This document shows, one piece after another, positions 24,310 through 38,585 of a DNA stretch of 64,000 bases (positions within the stretch are counted from its first letter, which is position 1; each line of letters starts with the position of its first letter). The position numbers and the translations under genes are program-made. Under the pieces are notes generated by a model. The model was not told the origin of the DNA, made no database searches, and saw only the letters and a list, made by a program, of their open reading frames with translations. Origin of the DNA: Mustelus asterias (Eukaryota); assembly GCF_964213995.1 (NCBI RefSeq), contig NW_027590122.1, forward strand, positions 992,001 through 1,056,000, written 5' to 3'.

Positions 24310-26855
24310 AAGAACAAAGAACAAAGAACAGTACAGCACAGGAAACAGGCCCTTCGGCCCTCCAAACCTGTGCCGCTCCTTGGTCCAACTAGACCAATCG
24401 TTTGTATCCCTCCATTCCCAGGCTGCTCATGTGACTATCCAGGTAAGTCTTAAACGATGTCAGCGTGCCTGCCTCCACCACCCTACTTGGCAGCGCATTC
24501 CAGGCCCCCACCACCCTCTGTGTAAAAAACGTCCGTCTGATGTCTGAGTTATACTTCGCCCCTCTCAGCTTGAGCCCGTGACCCCTCGTGATCGTCACCT
24601 CCGACCTGGGAAAAAGCTTCCCACTGTTCACCCTATCTATACCCTTCATAATCTTGTATACCTCTATTAAATCTCCCCTCATTCTCCGTCTTTCCAAGGA
24701 GAACAACCCCAGTCTACCCAATCTCTCCTCATAGCTAAGACCCTCCATACCAGGCAACATCCTGGTAAACCTTCTCTGCACTCTCTCCAATGCCTCCACG
24801 TCCTTCTGGTAGTGCGGCGACCAGAACTGGACGCAGTACTCCAAATGTGGCCTAACCAGCGTTCTATACAGCTGCATCATCAGACTCCAGCTTTTATACT
24901 CTATACCCCGTCCTATAGAGGCAAGCATACCATATGCCTTCTTCACCACCTTCTCCACCTGTGTTGCCACGTTCAAGGATTTGTGGACTTGCACACTTAG
25001 GTCCCTCTGTGTTTCTATACTCCTGATGACTCTGCCATTTATTGTATAACTCCTCCCTACATTATTTCTTCCAAAATGCATCACTTCGCATTTATCCGGA
25101 TTAAATTCCATCTGCCACCTCTCCGCCCAATTTTCCAGCCTATCTATATCCTGCTGTATTGCCCGACAATGCTCTTCGCTATCCGCAATTCCAGCCATCT
25201 TCGTGTCATCCGCAAACTTGCTGATTACACCAGTTACACCTTCTTCCAAATCATTTATATATATCACAAATAGCAGAGGTCCCAGTACAGAGCCCTGCGG
25301 AACACCACTGGTCACAGACCTCCAGCCGGAAAAAGACCCTTCAACCACTACCCTCTGTCTCCTATGGCCAAGCCAGTTCTCCACCCATCTAGCCACTTCT
25401 CCTTGTACCCCATGAGCCTTAACCTTCTTAACCAACCTGCCATGTGGGACTTTGTCAAATGCCTTACTGAAATCCATATAGACGACATCCACGGCCCTTC
25501 CTTCATCAACCGTTTTTGTCACTTCCTCAAAAAACTCCACCAAATTTGTAAGGCACGACCTCCCTCTTACAAAACCATGCTGTCTGTCACTAATGAGATT
25601 GTTCCGTTCTAAATGCACATACATCCTGTCTCTAAGAATCCTCTCCAACAACTTTCCTACCACGGATGTCAAGCTCACCGGCCTATAATTTCCTGGGTTA
25701 TCCCTGCTACCCTTCTTAAACAACGGGACCACATTCACTATCCTCCAATCCTCAGGGACCTCACCCGTGTCCAAAGAAGCGACAAAGATTTCCGTCAGAG
25801 GCCCAGCAATTTCACCTCTCGTCTCCCTGAGCAGTCGAGGATAGGTGCCATCAGGCCCTGGGGCTTTGTCAGTTTTAATGTTCCCTAAAAAACCTAACAC
25901 TTCCTCTCTTGTAATGGAGATTTTCTCTAACGGGTCAACACCTCCCTCCGAGACACTCCCGGTTAACACGCCCCTCTCCTTCGTGAATACCGATGCAAAG
26001 TATTCATTTAGGATCTCCCCTATTCCCTTGGGTTCTAAACATAATTCCCCTCCTTTGTCCCTGAGAGGTCCGATTTTCTCCCTGACAACTCTTTTGTTCC
26101 TAACGTATGAATAGAATGCCTTAGGATTCTCCTTAATCCTGCCTGCCAAGAACATCTCGTGACCTCTTTTTGCCCTTCTAACTCCCCGTTTGAGATCTTT
26201 CCTACTCTCTCTGTATTCCTCCAGAGCTCCATCTGTTTTCAGTTGCCTGGACTTGACGTCCGCCGCCCTTTTCATTTTAATCAGATCCTCAATTTCCCTG
26301 GTTATCCACGGCTCTCGAATCCTACCTTTCCTATCTTTCCTTTTTACAGGCACATGCCTATCCTGCAGCCTTATCAATAGTTCCTTAAAAGACTCCCACA
26401 TGCCAGACGCGGACTTACCCTCGAACATCCTCTCCCAATCAACATCCACCAATTCCTGCCTAATCCGGCTATAGTCAGCCTTCCCCCAATTTAGCACCCT
26501 GCCCGTAGGACAGCACTCATCCTTGTCCATTACTATCCTAAAGTTAATAGAGTTGTGGTCACTATTTGCCACATGTTCCCCTACCGAAACTTTGACGACC
26601 TGACCGGGCTCATTTCCCAGAACTAGGTCCAGTATAGCCCCCTCTCTAGTCGGGCTATCTACATACTGTTCCAAAGAACCTTCCAGTACGCATTTTACAA
26701 ATTCCTCCCCGTCCGGTCCCCCAGCTCTAAGCACTTTCCAGTCTGTGCCAGGGAAATTAAAGTCCCCCACTACAACAGCCCTATGTTTTCTGCACCTATC
26801 CAGAATCTCCTGACATATCCTTTCCTCCACTTCCCGTGAGCTGTTGGGTGGTCTG
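24310..26855 (-). mobile_element. CR1 LINE (family A), 5'-truncated, with an uninterrupted 813-aa ORF2 portion
   Basis: Endonuclease motifs GDFN, LDLVL and SDH, plus a full RT. (TTCTTTG)n tail. Confidence 0.95.
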
Positions 26856-27039
26856 TTACATACAATTTCCTTCTAAATATTTATGTTTAATATTCTGCCA
26901 CCATTTTAGGCAGTGTGTTTCCAGCTTTGAACAACTGGCAGTGCAACAAGTGAACACGATCATTCAATGCCTTTCCTTCTCTTACACTGGCGTATTTGGA
27001 TTAGCGAATATTCTACTGATTGAAACAGTTTTGCGTTAT

Positions 27040-27640
27040 CTATTGCTCACTGCTTCCTGTCCTGGACACAGAGACCATAACAAATAGGAGCTGCAGTCGG
27101 CCATTTGGCCCATCGAGCCTTTTAAACTATTCAGGGAGATAATTCGTTCATCTACCTCAGCATTATTCTCCCCACACTGAACCCATATCCCTTGATATCC
27201 TCAATATCTAGAAACCAATCAATCGCCCTCTTGAAAATAGTTGATGACTGAGGTTTCACTGTCCTCAGGGGTTGAGAATTCCAAAGCTTTACCACATCCT
27301 TGTCTGTTCCCCATAATCCTTGACACCCTTGTCAGTCAAAGATCTGTCTAACTGGAATATATTCAATGATCCTCAGCCTCCACTGGTCCCTTTGGAAGAG
27401 AAATCCAAAAGACTCACAACCCTCTGAGGAAAGAGATGTCTGGAAATATATAACGTAGCTACAGTTCCATATTACAAGATATTCAGATCCCAAGGAATAT
27501 GACTCTGTCTAGACGTGACGGTTGAGATTTTTGCCTGTGATTCCTCGTTCAAAATCCTGTGAAATGAGTTTGCAAAAGTCATCACAGTCAGAATAGGATA
27601 GAAATTCAGAGCAGACAATTCTAGTTTCTCTGGAACATTC
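27040..27640. pseudogene. Rearranged remnant of a zinc-finger gene 5' region
   Basis: 27040-27120 matches 4215-4295 in direct orientation. 27475-27640 matches about 4405-4570 in inverted orientation. No finger array is present. Confidence 0.6.
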
Positions 27641-28095
27641 TTTCCTATTTCATTCCCAAAAAGTTGTAAATCTCCATCCATATCTATGGATTCTATTTAA
27701 AAATGAAAGTGGATGGGCACTTGATGGAAATAAACTTTCAGGAGAATGGGATATAGAGTGGGAATGGGACTGGAATGTTATACAGAGAGTGGGCATGGAC
27801 TCGAGTTACCGAATGGATTCCTTCTGTGCTGTAACAACTTTATGACTGGAAATGTATAACATCGCTGCTGCATTATATTACAATGCAAGAAATAATAATA
27901 AATATATTTTATTACAGAAACATAAATAATGTAACTAATCTGTGTACCATATAATAACACGAGACATATCTCTGTCCTATATTCATTTACTGTCCCCTTA
28001 AATGTCAGCCATCTCCTGGGGAAAGCTGCCTTTTAATTATGAACATTCGGAAAGAGACCATCCTTGTAGACAGACTGAGTGTAAGTCTAACTGAG

Positions 28096-28118
28096 TCTAA
28101 CCACTGAGCTATGGAGCC
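28096..28118 (-). pseudogene. tRNA-Thr-like 5' remnant
   Basis: GGCTCCATAGCTCAGTGGTTAGA matches the start of vertebrate tRNA-Thr(TGT). The rest is unrecognisable. Confidence 0.45.
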
Positions 28119-28455
28119 AATCTTTAGCAATTGCGTTGCAATAAATGTATAACAATCCTGGAACAGACTACATTTTCAGATGGAAATAGATATGTCTGAG
28201 CGGGAGAGCAGGGAGTTAAAATATGTGGCTTGTAAGGGACCGAATTTGACATGTGCCAGTTACTTCAAACGATCAATGTTTGCCGTGTGCCTGCCGTTAA
28301 ATATTCTTTTTCTGAGTTTATATTTGTTGTTACATCTCTGACTTTTCCACCTCTGATACAATTCATCCAGCTTGAAGATTAACCTTGTTTCTCCCTTCAC
28401 AGATGATGTGAGGCCTAATTTCATTTAATGAAGAATTAAACAAACAAAATGTTCA

Positions 28456-28517
28456 CCCCGTGAGTGGGAATCAATCCCGGGCACGGGGCCGAATCCTGAC
28501 CACTAGACCTCCAGAAG
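28456..28517 (-). pseudogene. tRNA-Glu remnant lacking the anticodon arm
   Basis: Reads CTGGAGGTCTAGTGGTCAGGATTCGGC...GCCCGGGATTGATTCCC. Confidence 0.6.
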
Positions 28518-28839
28518 AGTTCATAAGAGAGATTTGCAATGAGACCATAATCATCGCTTTTCCCATTGCCGCATTTCAGGTCATTGTCTAAACTTTGCCA
28601 GATAGTCACACGGTTATTCTATCATCTTATAAGCAATTACAGCAAATACGTGGCAATCCACCGAACATGCACACCTGGACACTGTGGGAGGAAACTGGAC
28701 ACCCGGCGGAAACTCACACGCACACGGGGAGAATGTGCAAATGCCGCACAATGACTGAAGGCTGGAATTGAAGCCAGGTCCCTGGCGCTGTGAAGCAACC
28801 GCGCCGCCCACTATTCCACAATCACTTACACTGACAGCA

Positions 28840-29260
28840 TTGATTACAAGACAAAGATGTCCGTGGAGACATTGGAAACAACGAAGGCTCCCGGTACTGG
28901 CAATCTTTCAGCACTTTTACTGAAACGTTGCGCTTTAGAACTTGCCGCGCTCCGAGCCAAGCAGTTTCAGTACAACTGCATCACTGGCTTCCACCTGGCA
29001 ACCGGCAAATAAAGCCAAACCAATTACCACCAGTTTGCTCTCGGTCATCACGAATGTGACAGAAGGGGTCAACAGACATGGTTTCAATAAACATCGACTT
29101 CACAGTAACCAGCTAACAGTTAATCAGAGATGTCTGAACGATGCAACAAATAGAAATCTTCTCCCGTCAGCCTTTGTTCACACATGGACAAAAGAGATGT
29201 GCTCCAGAGGTGTGGCGAATGTGACTGCCTGTGATATCAAGGCACTTTAAGTGCTTTTCT
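28840..29260 (+). mobile_element. Highly decayed non-LTR retrotransposon RT fragment
   Basis: Relic LLKRCALELAA resembles the LKxCAxELAxPL linker that precedes the RT domain. Many lesions. Confidence 0.45.
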
Positions 29261-29578
29261 AAATCGTTCTTCCGTGTTCTTAATGTTGGTGTTCCCGCCT
29301 CTAACAACTTTTCAGGCAGTGGTTTCCAGATTGCCATCACCCTCTGACCCTCTCTTAATATCTTTCTTCATACCTTAAATCTCTGCCGCCTGGTTGTTCA
29401 TCCTTCTACTATGGGGAAACGACTACTCCTATCTGCCAATCCATGTCCCTCAAAATCTTGAACACTCAATCATGTCGGCTCTCAGCATTCTCTGCTCAGG
29501 CGAAATCAGCCCCGAGGTATTCCGTCCCTTTTCACAGCTGAAAATCTCCAGCGCCGTGTCCAGAATTAAAACCACCAG

Positions 29579-29660
29579 TAGCAGCGTTTGGATTGGAGCT
29601 CACGCCTCCCCAGAGACTGGAACCTAAATCCCACGGCTTAGACCACTCGGCCCCGCAACC
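29579..29660 (-). pseudogene. tRNA-Leu(TAG) pseudogene
   Basis: 82 nt, GGTTGCGGGGCCGAGTGGTCTAAG...GATTTAGGTTCCAGTCTCT...; the B box is damaged. Confidence 0.75.
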
Positions 29661-31657
29661 ACCAGAAGTGCAAATTATAATCAGGTATTTTATCGGTATT
29701 GCTACTTAAATAGCTCAGAGGCAAAGAATTTGGTGTGGCCATTGGGTACTTCCGGTCCGTTCCGTCAATTAATCAGAGAAGTTAACTATGCAATAAAGAG
29801 AAATGTTCTCCAATCAGAAACTCAATGAGCTTCAGTGAAGGACCGGTAAGATTTAAACTGTCCTTAACCTCGTCTGGTTCCTAATCTCCCGCCAGAAATG
29901 ACAATAAAACTTCCTGTTGAATTTGGTCAGGGTCTTCACTTCAATAAGGGCAGGACATGAGGCGAGACCAGGATTTCTGTACTCTGCAGGGAAATAACTG
30001 AAATTTGTTTCACGGTTTGGACACGAGCAAAAAATCTTCATATCCTGAACTGTAATCAAAACAGCAGTGAAAGTGTCAAACACTATCCACCAGGCCAGCA
30101 GGTTACAGCATGTTTTACAATTGGCTTCATCCACGCTCCTTTTGTTATTTTTAACCTCACTAAAAGCACATTCACCCCACAAGGTTTCTCCTGAAAAATG
30201 ACATCATCTGCTTCAACACCAGTATGTTCAGCCATTGGTAACATACAACAAACACGCCATTCAATTATTACATTCTTTCCGACAGTTCGAAACCGGACAG
30301 CAATATTTCCAAATGCTTTTCAATACAGAGTCAGGGAAACGTTTCATAATTTGTGTTTTTGCGAAATGTCAACAGATATGCTGAGTATTTCCAGAATTTT
30401 TTGATTGCAAAGTCAGCAGTCACTCGGTAAGTGAAGGTCTGTGGTAGAGAGCACGGCAAGATGGGTTAACTGACACAAGGAATGATAGACAAGGCAACAT
30501 TGAGCAGGCGATGCTGGAGGCCGGATGGTCTCATGGTTCAGAGTCACCGCTTTCATCGCCAGAGCCCAGGCTCATTGACAGGTGACAAATTGTGAAAATA
30601 CAATTTCGGATGAAAAAAATTGTCTCTTTCTTATTCCTGATCAACTAATCACAATTGCTGTTTCAAAGCAGTGCACCAGGATGAATAACCTCTTCCTGTG
30701 CTGTAACTTTATATAATTGTTTCCTTTTCATCCCCACTGCTGCTGCCTTCACGGCAATTCTATCATCCTACAAACAATTGCCGCTATATCCACCTTCTTC
30801 ACTTGTGTTCAGCTCTTATGACCTCATGGGACTGAGTAAATTCAGTGCGAAGATTATCACTTATCCTGAGATTTGGACCGAGATCTGGGCGATATTTACC
30901 ATTACCATTACCACCCAAATATGCTTTGGAACACCATCTCCGTGCTTAGCAGCCTATCGCTCTCCTTTGCTTATTAACACAAATTATTGCTGATGCTAGA
31001 ATCTGAAACAAAAACAGAAAACTCTGGATAGTCTCAACAGTTCTTATAGCATCAGATGAAAGAGAATAGGGACAAGGTTTCGAGTCCTGATGGCCCACCG
31101 TCAGAGCTCTGAACCTCCGACAAGGTGATTTCGAAACGTTGGCTCCAATCCCATAGAGTTAAAGAGTCATAGAGTCACACAGATTTACAGCATTGAATCA
31201 GGCCCTTTTTAACGACCAAGCTAGTTCCAATTGCCCGCGTTTAGCCCATATTCCTCGATAGCCATCTTACTCATGGAACTCTCTCAATGCATTTTAAAAG
31301 ACAAAATTGTACCTGCCACTACGACTACATCTGGCAGCTTGTTCCAGACACTCACCACCCTCTGTGTGAAAAAAACTGCTCCTCTGGATCCTTTTATGTC
31401 TCTCCCCTCTCACTTTAAACCTATGCCTTCCAGTTTTAGACTCCCCTACCACTGTGAAAATATATTGACTATCTCGCTGATCTATGTCCATCGTTATTTC
31501 ATAGATCTCTATAAGATCGTCCCTAAGCCTCCTACTCGCCAGAGCAAAAGTCCCAGTCTATCCAAGCTCTCCTTGTAACTCAAACTATCAAGTCCTGGTA
31601 GCATCCGAGTGAATCTTTTCTACACTCTTTCTAGTTTAATAATATCCTTTCTATAAT

Positions 31658-32781
31658 CTCACGGGATCCAGGGTGAGGTATCTGAATGGATTCAAAATTG
31701 GCTTCTTGACAGAAGTCAGAGGGTGGTTGTGGAGATTTGTTTTTCAAACTGGAGGCCTGTGACCAGCCGTGTGCCTCAGGGATCAGAGCTGGGCCCACTG
31801 TTATTTGTCATTTATATTAATGATTTGGATGAGAATATAGGGGGCATGGTAAGTAAGTTTGCAGATGGCACCAAGATTGGTGGCATAGTGGACAGTGAAG
31901 AAAGTTATCTCCAATTGCAACGGGATCTTGATCAATTGGGCCAATGGACTGACGAATGGCAGACGGACTTTAATTTCGACAAATGTGAAGTGATGCACTT
32001 TGGTAGATTGAACCAGAGCAGGACTTACTCAGTTAATGGTAGGGCGTTGGTGAGAGTTACAGAACAAAGAGATTTAGGGGTAGATGTTCATAGCTCCTTG
32101 AAAGTGCAGTCACAGGTGGACAAAGTGGTGAAGAAGGCATTCGGCATGCTTGGTTTCATCGGTCAGAACATTGATTACAGGCATCGGGACGTCTTGTTGA
32201 AGTTATATAAGACATTGGTAAGGCCACACTTAGAATACTGTGTGCAATTCTGGTCACCATATTATAGAAAGGATATTATTAAACTAGAAAGCGTGCAGAC
32301 AAGATTTACTAGGAAGTTACCAGAACTTGATGGATTGAGTTATAAGGAGAGGCTGAATAGTCTGGGATTTTTCTCTCTGGAGTGTAGGAGGCTGAGTGGT
32401 GACCTTATAGACTCCAAACTAGTGAGGGGCACATACAAGGTAGATAGTCAATATCTTTTCCCAAAGTTAGGGGAGTCTAAAACTAGAGGGCATAGGTTTA
32501 AGGTGAGAGGGAAGAGATACAAAAGTGCCCAGAGGGACAATTTTTTCACACAGAGGGTGGTGAGAGTCTGGAACAAGCTGCCAGAGGTAATAGTAGAGGC
32601 GGGTACAACTTCGTCTTTTGAAAAGCATTTAGAAAGTTACATGGGGTACGATCGGTATAGAAGGATATGGGCCAAATGTGAGAAATTGGGATTAGCTTAA
32701 GGGTTTTAAAAAAAACGGCGGCATGGACAAGTTGGGCCGAAGGGCCTGTTTCCATGCTGTAAACGTCTATGACGCTATGAC
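31658..32781 (+). mobile_element. CR1 family C copy inserted antisense into its own family
   Basis: 325-aa RT C-terminal ORF 31723-32700 and (CTATGA)n tail. TCTATAAT is duplicated at 31650-31657 and 32782-32789. Confidence 0.85.
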
Positions 32782-33630
32782 TCTATAATAGGGTGGCCAG
32801 AACTGTACACAGTATTCCAAGTGTGTCCTTACCAATGTCTTTTACAACTTCACCAAGACGTCCCAATTCTTGTATTCAACGTTATGACCAATGAAACCAA
32901 GCATTCCGAATGCCTTTTCATCTCCCTGTCCACCTGTGACTCCACTTTCAATGAGCTATGAACATGTACCCCGAGATCCCTTTGTTCTTTAACTCTCGCC
33001 AATGCTCTACCATTAACTGAGTAAGTCCTGCACTTGATCGATCTACCAGAATGCATCATTTCGCATTTCGTTAAATTAAACTCCATCTGCCATTCGCCAG
33101 CCCACTGTCTGAATTGATCAGGATCCCGCTGCAATCCGAGATAACCTTCTACACTTTCCACTGTGCCACCAATCTTGGTGTCATCTGTAAAGTTACTAAC
33201 CATGCCTCCGAAATTTTCATCCAAATCATTAACACAAATGACAAATGAAAATGAACTCAACTGCGATCCCTGAAGCACACTGCTGCTCACAGGCTTGAAA
33301 ACCAACCCTCTACCAGCACCCTCCGTGTTCTGCATCAAGGCAATTTTGTATCCATTTGGCTACTTCACCCTGGATCCCGTGAGTTTTAATCTCATGCAAC
33401 AACTTACCATGCGGTACGTTGTCAAAGGCCTTGCTAAAGTTCATGTAGACAACATCGACTGCACTGCCCTCATCTACCTTCTTGGTTACCCCTTCAAAAA
33501 ACTCAATCAAATTTGTGAGACATGAATTTCCACTCACAAAGCGATGCTGACTGTCCCTAATCAGTCCTTGCCACTCCAAAAGCCCTTAGACCCTGTCTCT
33601 CAGAATACATTTGAGCAACTTAGTTAGCAG

Positions 33631-33985
33631 AGGCGATGGCCTCGTGGTCTCATCCTTTAACTATTAATCTAGAAATTCAGCTACTTTTTGGGGACCGGGG
33701 TTCGAATTCCACCATGGCAGATGGTGGAATTTGAATTCAATAAAAAAATATTTTGAATTAATAACCTACCGATGACCATGAAACCACTGTTGACTGTTAG
33801 GAAAACCTATCTGGTTCACTAATGTTCTTTAGGGAAGGAAATCTGCTCCATCGCACAGCCTGGCCTATATGTGACATCAGAACCACAGCAATGTGTTTTC
33901 CTCTCAACTACCTTTGGGCAACTGGGGATCGGCAATAAATGCTGGCCAGCCAGTGACACCCATGTCCCACAAACGCATGTAAAAA
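33631..33985 (+). mobile_element. tRNA-headed SINE of a second family (DeuSINE-like), nested in CR1
   Basis: B box GGTTCGAATTCC and core CTGGTTCACTAATG...AGGGAAGGAAATCTGC. CR1 sequence resumes on both sides. Confidence 0.6.
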
Positions 33986-36321
33986 CTACAGGTGTGAGCT
34001 CACTGGCCCGTAATTCCCAGGCTTTTCCCTGCAGCCCTTTTCAAACAAAGACACAACATTTGCCACTCTCCAGTCTTCGGGCACCTCACCTGTGACTATC
34101 GATGATTCAGCTATCTCTGCTAGGGGACCTGCAATTTTCTCTCCAGCCTCCTACAACGTCCTAGGATACACTGCAGCAGGTCCCGGGGATTTATCCAACG
34201 GGATACGCTTTAAGACTTCCAGCACCTGTTCTCTGTAATATGTAAACTCCTCAAAACATTATTTATTTCCCTAATTTCCGGAACATCCATGTCCTTCTGA
34301 TGGTCTCTCTGCAAAAATGCCCTCAGACGTGCTGAGATATGCGAGCCCACTTCTGGTCTCCCTCATCATTCGGAACATTCTTTCTGAAACTACCCTGTCT
34401 CAGCCTGTTAGAATTTTGTCAGTTGCTATGAGTCCTCCCTGAGTCTTCTAAATTAGAGTGAATGGCATGCTAACTGACCTCCTCATACGACAGACCTGCC
34501 ATCCCAGATATAAGCCTGGTAAACTTTCGCTGTACTCCCTTCAGGACAATGAAATCCTTCCAAAGATAATGATACCAAAACTGCACACAATACTCCCGAT
34601 GTGGTCTCACCAACATCCGATACAATTGCAGGAATGGATGAAGAGGCTTGAAAGGCTGAATGGCCTACCCTTGTCCTTATTCCTTACGGCCTCATGTTTT
34701 GGAACCCTCTTTCTCAATAAGCAGTGGCAGCAGAGAGTTCATTATTTTAACGGTAGATGTGGATGTTTTTGCTGTGTCATACGTGATTGGTGATCAGGTG
34801 TAGGTGGAGTGCAAATTTGATGTTAGAATTAAGTTTTGAAACGGAGGAGCGGGCTCCATGGGCTTAATCGCCTACGTATCTTCCTCTTTTGACTGTTCAT
34901 ACGACGATCTGAGAGGCAAAACTTTGCTCATCATTGTCTTTAATGAGCGGCCCCTTACTTTAGATTCTCACCGAAGTGGAAACATTCTGTGCACATCCAC
35001 AATGTCAACATCCCTCAAGATTTTAAACTCTTCCATTAAGTCGCCTCTTACTATTCACACTTCCAGTGTGTACATGTCTACTCTGTCCAACCATCTCCAT
35101 GAGACAACTCGCGCATTACTGGAAATCGTTTCGTAAACCTTCTCTGGACTGTCTCAAAGACATTTACATTTCCCTTTTTATATCGATAGCCAAAGGTATA
35201 CACATTATTTCTAATATGGGCTCACCATCTGAAGGTTTTGAACATGCAAGGCCACGGAGCAGTTGATAGAATGTGGGATTAGACGGAGCCACTAATTCCA
35301 TTTGTCTCTGTTGTATCCGGAGATGCATGATGGGCTGAATGGCCCGTTTCTGTACCATTACCTTTCTATTCTTCTGTATATCACCAGAGTTTTGTGCAAC
35401 TGAATGGGTATGTCTAAATAATATTGGGTATAATTCAGGTTAAATATGTCATTTTTTGTCAGGTTTACAAATAGGCTGGACTGATGATTGTTTTAACTCC
35501 GACCAAAAATAACAGAAGGAATTAAATATTACCAGGTAGAGTGAATTGAAAGTGCAATATATTTTGAGAAGGCAGCACGTACAAATCGAAGGAATTGCTT
35601 CCACACAGGCTGAAAGGAGCAAGTCGTGAGGAAGAAGATGTAAGTTTGAGTGAGGGACACAGGACACATCCTCACTTATCACCAGTAATACAGGAAATGT
35701 TACGTGTGTTTCGGAAAGCAGGTTGGACACGTCATTTGCCTCTCCCTCCGATTAATCTCCATAAAATAATATTTGTGAACAATACCAGGGTAAATGATTA
35801 TTTTTATCGGATTAAGACCTGTTTCTTGCTGAATACCAGCAGTGCAATATTTCCAATCATCCTACTTCTGGCATCTCACTTGTATCAGCGGAAAGATCAA
35901 CATTATTCCCCGAATCTGCAGCTATTTCACGATGACAACTTCATTGAAATTCTGAAATTCTAGATGACATTATGTGATAGAAATATTCCTAACTGTTTTA
36001 ATTCACTTCAGTTCAGTAACATAGTGTTAACCAATAATCCCAGCTTTCACCACTCCTTGGACCAATGTGTTTGTCTTCAATCAGATAATTTACTGTGATT
36101 GCAAAAGGCTTTCAAGAAACATGTAATTTGCAATAAAAGCTGAATTCATGTTGTTTGTTCAGCTATTGTGATTAATGTCAGTAGGTACAGAGTTTAATTG
36201 TTTCACCGGGGACTTTCCTCGGTCTATAAATAGGCAATGTTTTTATCGTGCACACCACTGTTAAAAATGAGAGTGGCCTCCAGCACAACCAGAGATCATT
36301 GAAGCTCAGAGTCGGTAAACT

Positions 36322-37768
36322 ATGTTCTGGGTTGTTCCACTTGAGTTTCGTATAATTTGGGTACTTCACGATATCCAAAGGACTTACTACCCACTCCTCG
36401 CTGCAGTTGGTGTGACTGGTGAATCTAATTTCACTCCGGTTATTGCCCGTGTCCATGAAAAGCACTTAATAATATTATTATTTGCAAACGTTATGTTCCT
36501 TATGTGCTAATGCAGTTGGAAGATTTCTCTCTCCTCCCGGCAGCCATTCTCCCTACTCGTGCCTGGTGGTTGCACTCTATTTCCTTCCCTTCCCCCTCTC
36601 TGCCAACATCCCCCCCACCCCATCTCCTTGATCACCCCATTCGTTCCCCATCTCCGCCGGCTTCTTTGCTGCCTTGGAGATCAGATCTGTTGGTGAATCT
36701 GGTTTCTTGCTACATCAGTGCGGTGCTTTATGACTGTACACCCTGTCTCAGCAGAACAGATGAATCAATTTTATTCTTCGGCTGATTCTGTAAAAATGCT
36801 GCAGCTGTTCCATAGAATCCTGACAGACCACTGCTCCTGTTTTCAGTCTGAAATGTGAGTTAATTGTGTCTCTCTTCCTTACAGTGAACTTAATAACGAT
36901 TCTTATACTGTCTCGAGGAAGATGTGGACTTTCCAAATGTGTCACACGTTACCTAATCTCCATGTCAGCGGCAGATCTGCTGGTCATCATCATTGATCTC
37001 ATGTTGAGGCAAATTCCTATCATTTTTAGTGATCAATTTCTATTCGTCTATAATATTAAAGTGTGTGATATCCATGCCGTCCTGCTTTATGCTGTCACTG
37101 ATTGTTCTGTTTGGTTTACTGTCACGTTCACCTTTGATCGATTCGTGGCCATTACCTGGCAGAAGCTGAAAATAAAATACTGCACCGAGAAAACGGCAGC
37201 TGTGGTTCTCGGAACAGTGAGTGTGCTGTTCAGTGTAAAGAACACTTTCTGGTACTTCATGTATGAGGATACATATTTGTTTGCAAATTCTCCCTATTTT
37301 TGTTCTGTACTTTCAGATGTCAGGAATTCACCAATATGGCGAGCAGTTGAAAATCTACATTATATTTTAACACCGTTTGTTCCTTTCTTGTTGATTCTGC
37401 TGCTCAATGTTTTAACCGTTAAACATATTCTAATGTCGAGCAAAATCCGCAAGAGATTTCGGAGCCCCACGAGTGGCGAGATTGCAACTGACCCAGAGAT
37501 AGAGAAGCGAAGGAAATCTATCATCTTACTGTTTTCTCTATCTGCAAATTTTATCCTGTTATGGTCAGTGTACCTGTTCAGTTCTTTTTGTCTACGATTG
37601 TATGATTTACGTGTAATCATTTTCTACATACCTGGGTGTGTAATCGAACTGGGATTTATGCTTCAACTCCTGAGTTGCTGCACCAACACATGCATTTATG
37701 CAGTGACCCAGACACAATTCAGAAAGGATCTGAAGAAGCTGGTGAAATTTTATTTACTCGGATTGTGA
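36322..37768 (+). CDS. Two-exon class A GPCR, GPR139/GPR142-like (326 aa)
   Basis: Exon 1 36322-36418 (...IQRTYYPLLAAVGVT, phase 1 GT). Exon 2 36885-37768 after CCTTACAG. Seven hydrophobic helices, AADLLV, FTFDRFVAI and TNTCIY. The frame is preserved across the splice. Confidence 0.88.
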
Positions 37769-38585
37769 AGTTAATTAAAGAGTGAGCAGATATTCCACCA
37801 TCACAGCATGTTTGTCTGGGGTCTGCACAGATTAAGTGATGAACAGGAATTAGAGAAATAGTAAAAATGAAATTATTTGGCACCTGATGAATTACTCCGG
37901 ATTTGAACCATTTAAATGTTCTGATGTATCATGAGCTGGGCACATTGAACTCCAGTGTAGAGTGTCCTCCTTTTTACCTGGGAGGGATGTTATTGACTGC
38001 AGCATTTTCCTTCAGCTGCAACATACCTCCTCCCCCCGCCCCCATGAAAAGAGCTGTCATTCCATCCTTCAAGCACAGCCCTACCCTCAGCCCATCGGCA
38101 TTATCACCTGCACCATCCCACCCCCACTCCCACCCACAGCACCACCCCGCACCGCCCCCCCCACCACCACCACCAACAGCCTTCAGCGCCACACCCATCC
38201 CCAATAGTGAACGCTATGGATTGGATTAGGAATGAATCAGAGTGGATGAGGACACTTTTCTGGGTTCGATTCAAGCATCTATGTATTCTAATTCCATTTT
38301 CTAGCACTTGACCCGTAGTCTTGTATATTATGGCATTTCAAGTGCTCATCTAAATACTTCTTAAATGATGTGATGGTTCCCATCTCTATCTCCCTATCAG
38401 GCAGTGAGTTCCAAATTTCCACCACCTTCAGGATGAAAATGTTTTCCTAACATCTGCTCTAAAACTCATGCCCCTTAAAATCAATTCATGCCCCTTGGTT
38501 ATTGATCCACCTGCTAAGGGGGAAAGTTCTTCCTCTCCGCCCTATTTGTGCCATTCATAATTTTATACACTCCAATCGAAGACAT

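Larger units (their letters stand above)
31155..34290 (-). mobile_element. Decayed CR1 LINE (family C) hosting two nested insertions
   Basis: The 3' part (31155-31657) resumes at 32790. RT motifs are in ORFs 32850-33338 and 33310-33579. Confidence 0.85.

Noticed and set aside
29853-30182. ORF with faint Ig-like spacing (C..WW..FYC)
   Set aside because: No leader, RSS or convincing framework motifs.
30520-30585. Possible tRNA-Glu(TTC) relic
   Set aside because: Too degenerate to support without a covariance-model search.
37903-38307. Pro/His-rich ORFs
   Set aside because: Low-complexity sequence with no gene structure.
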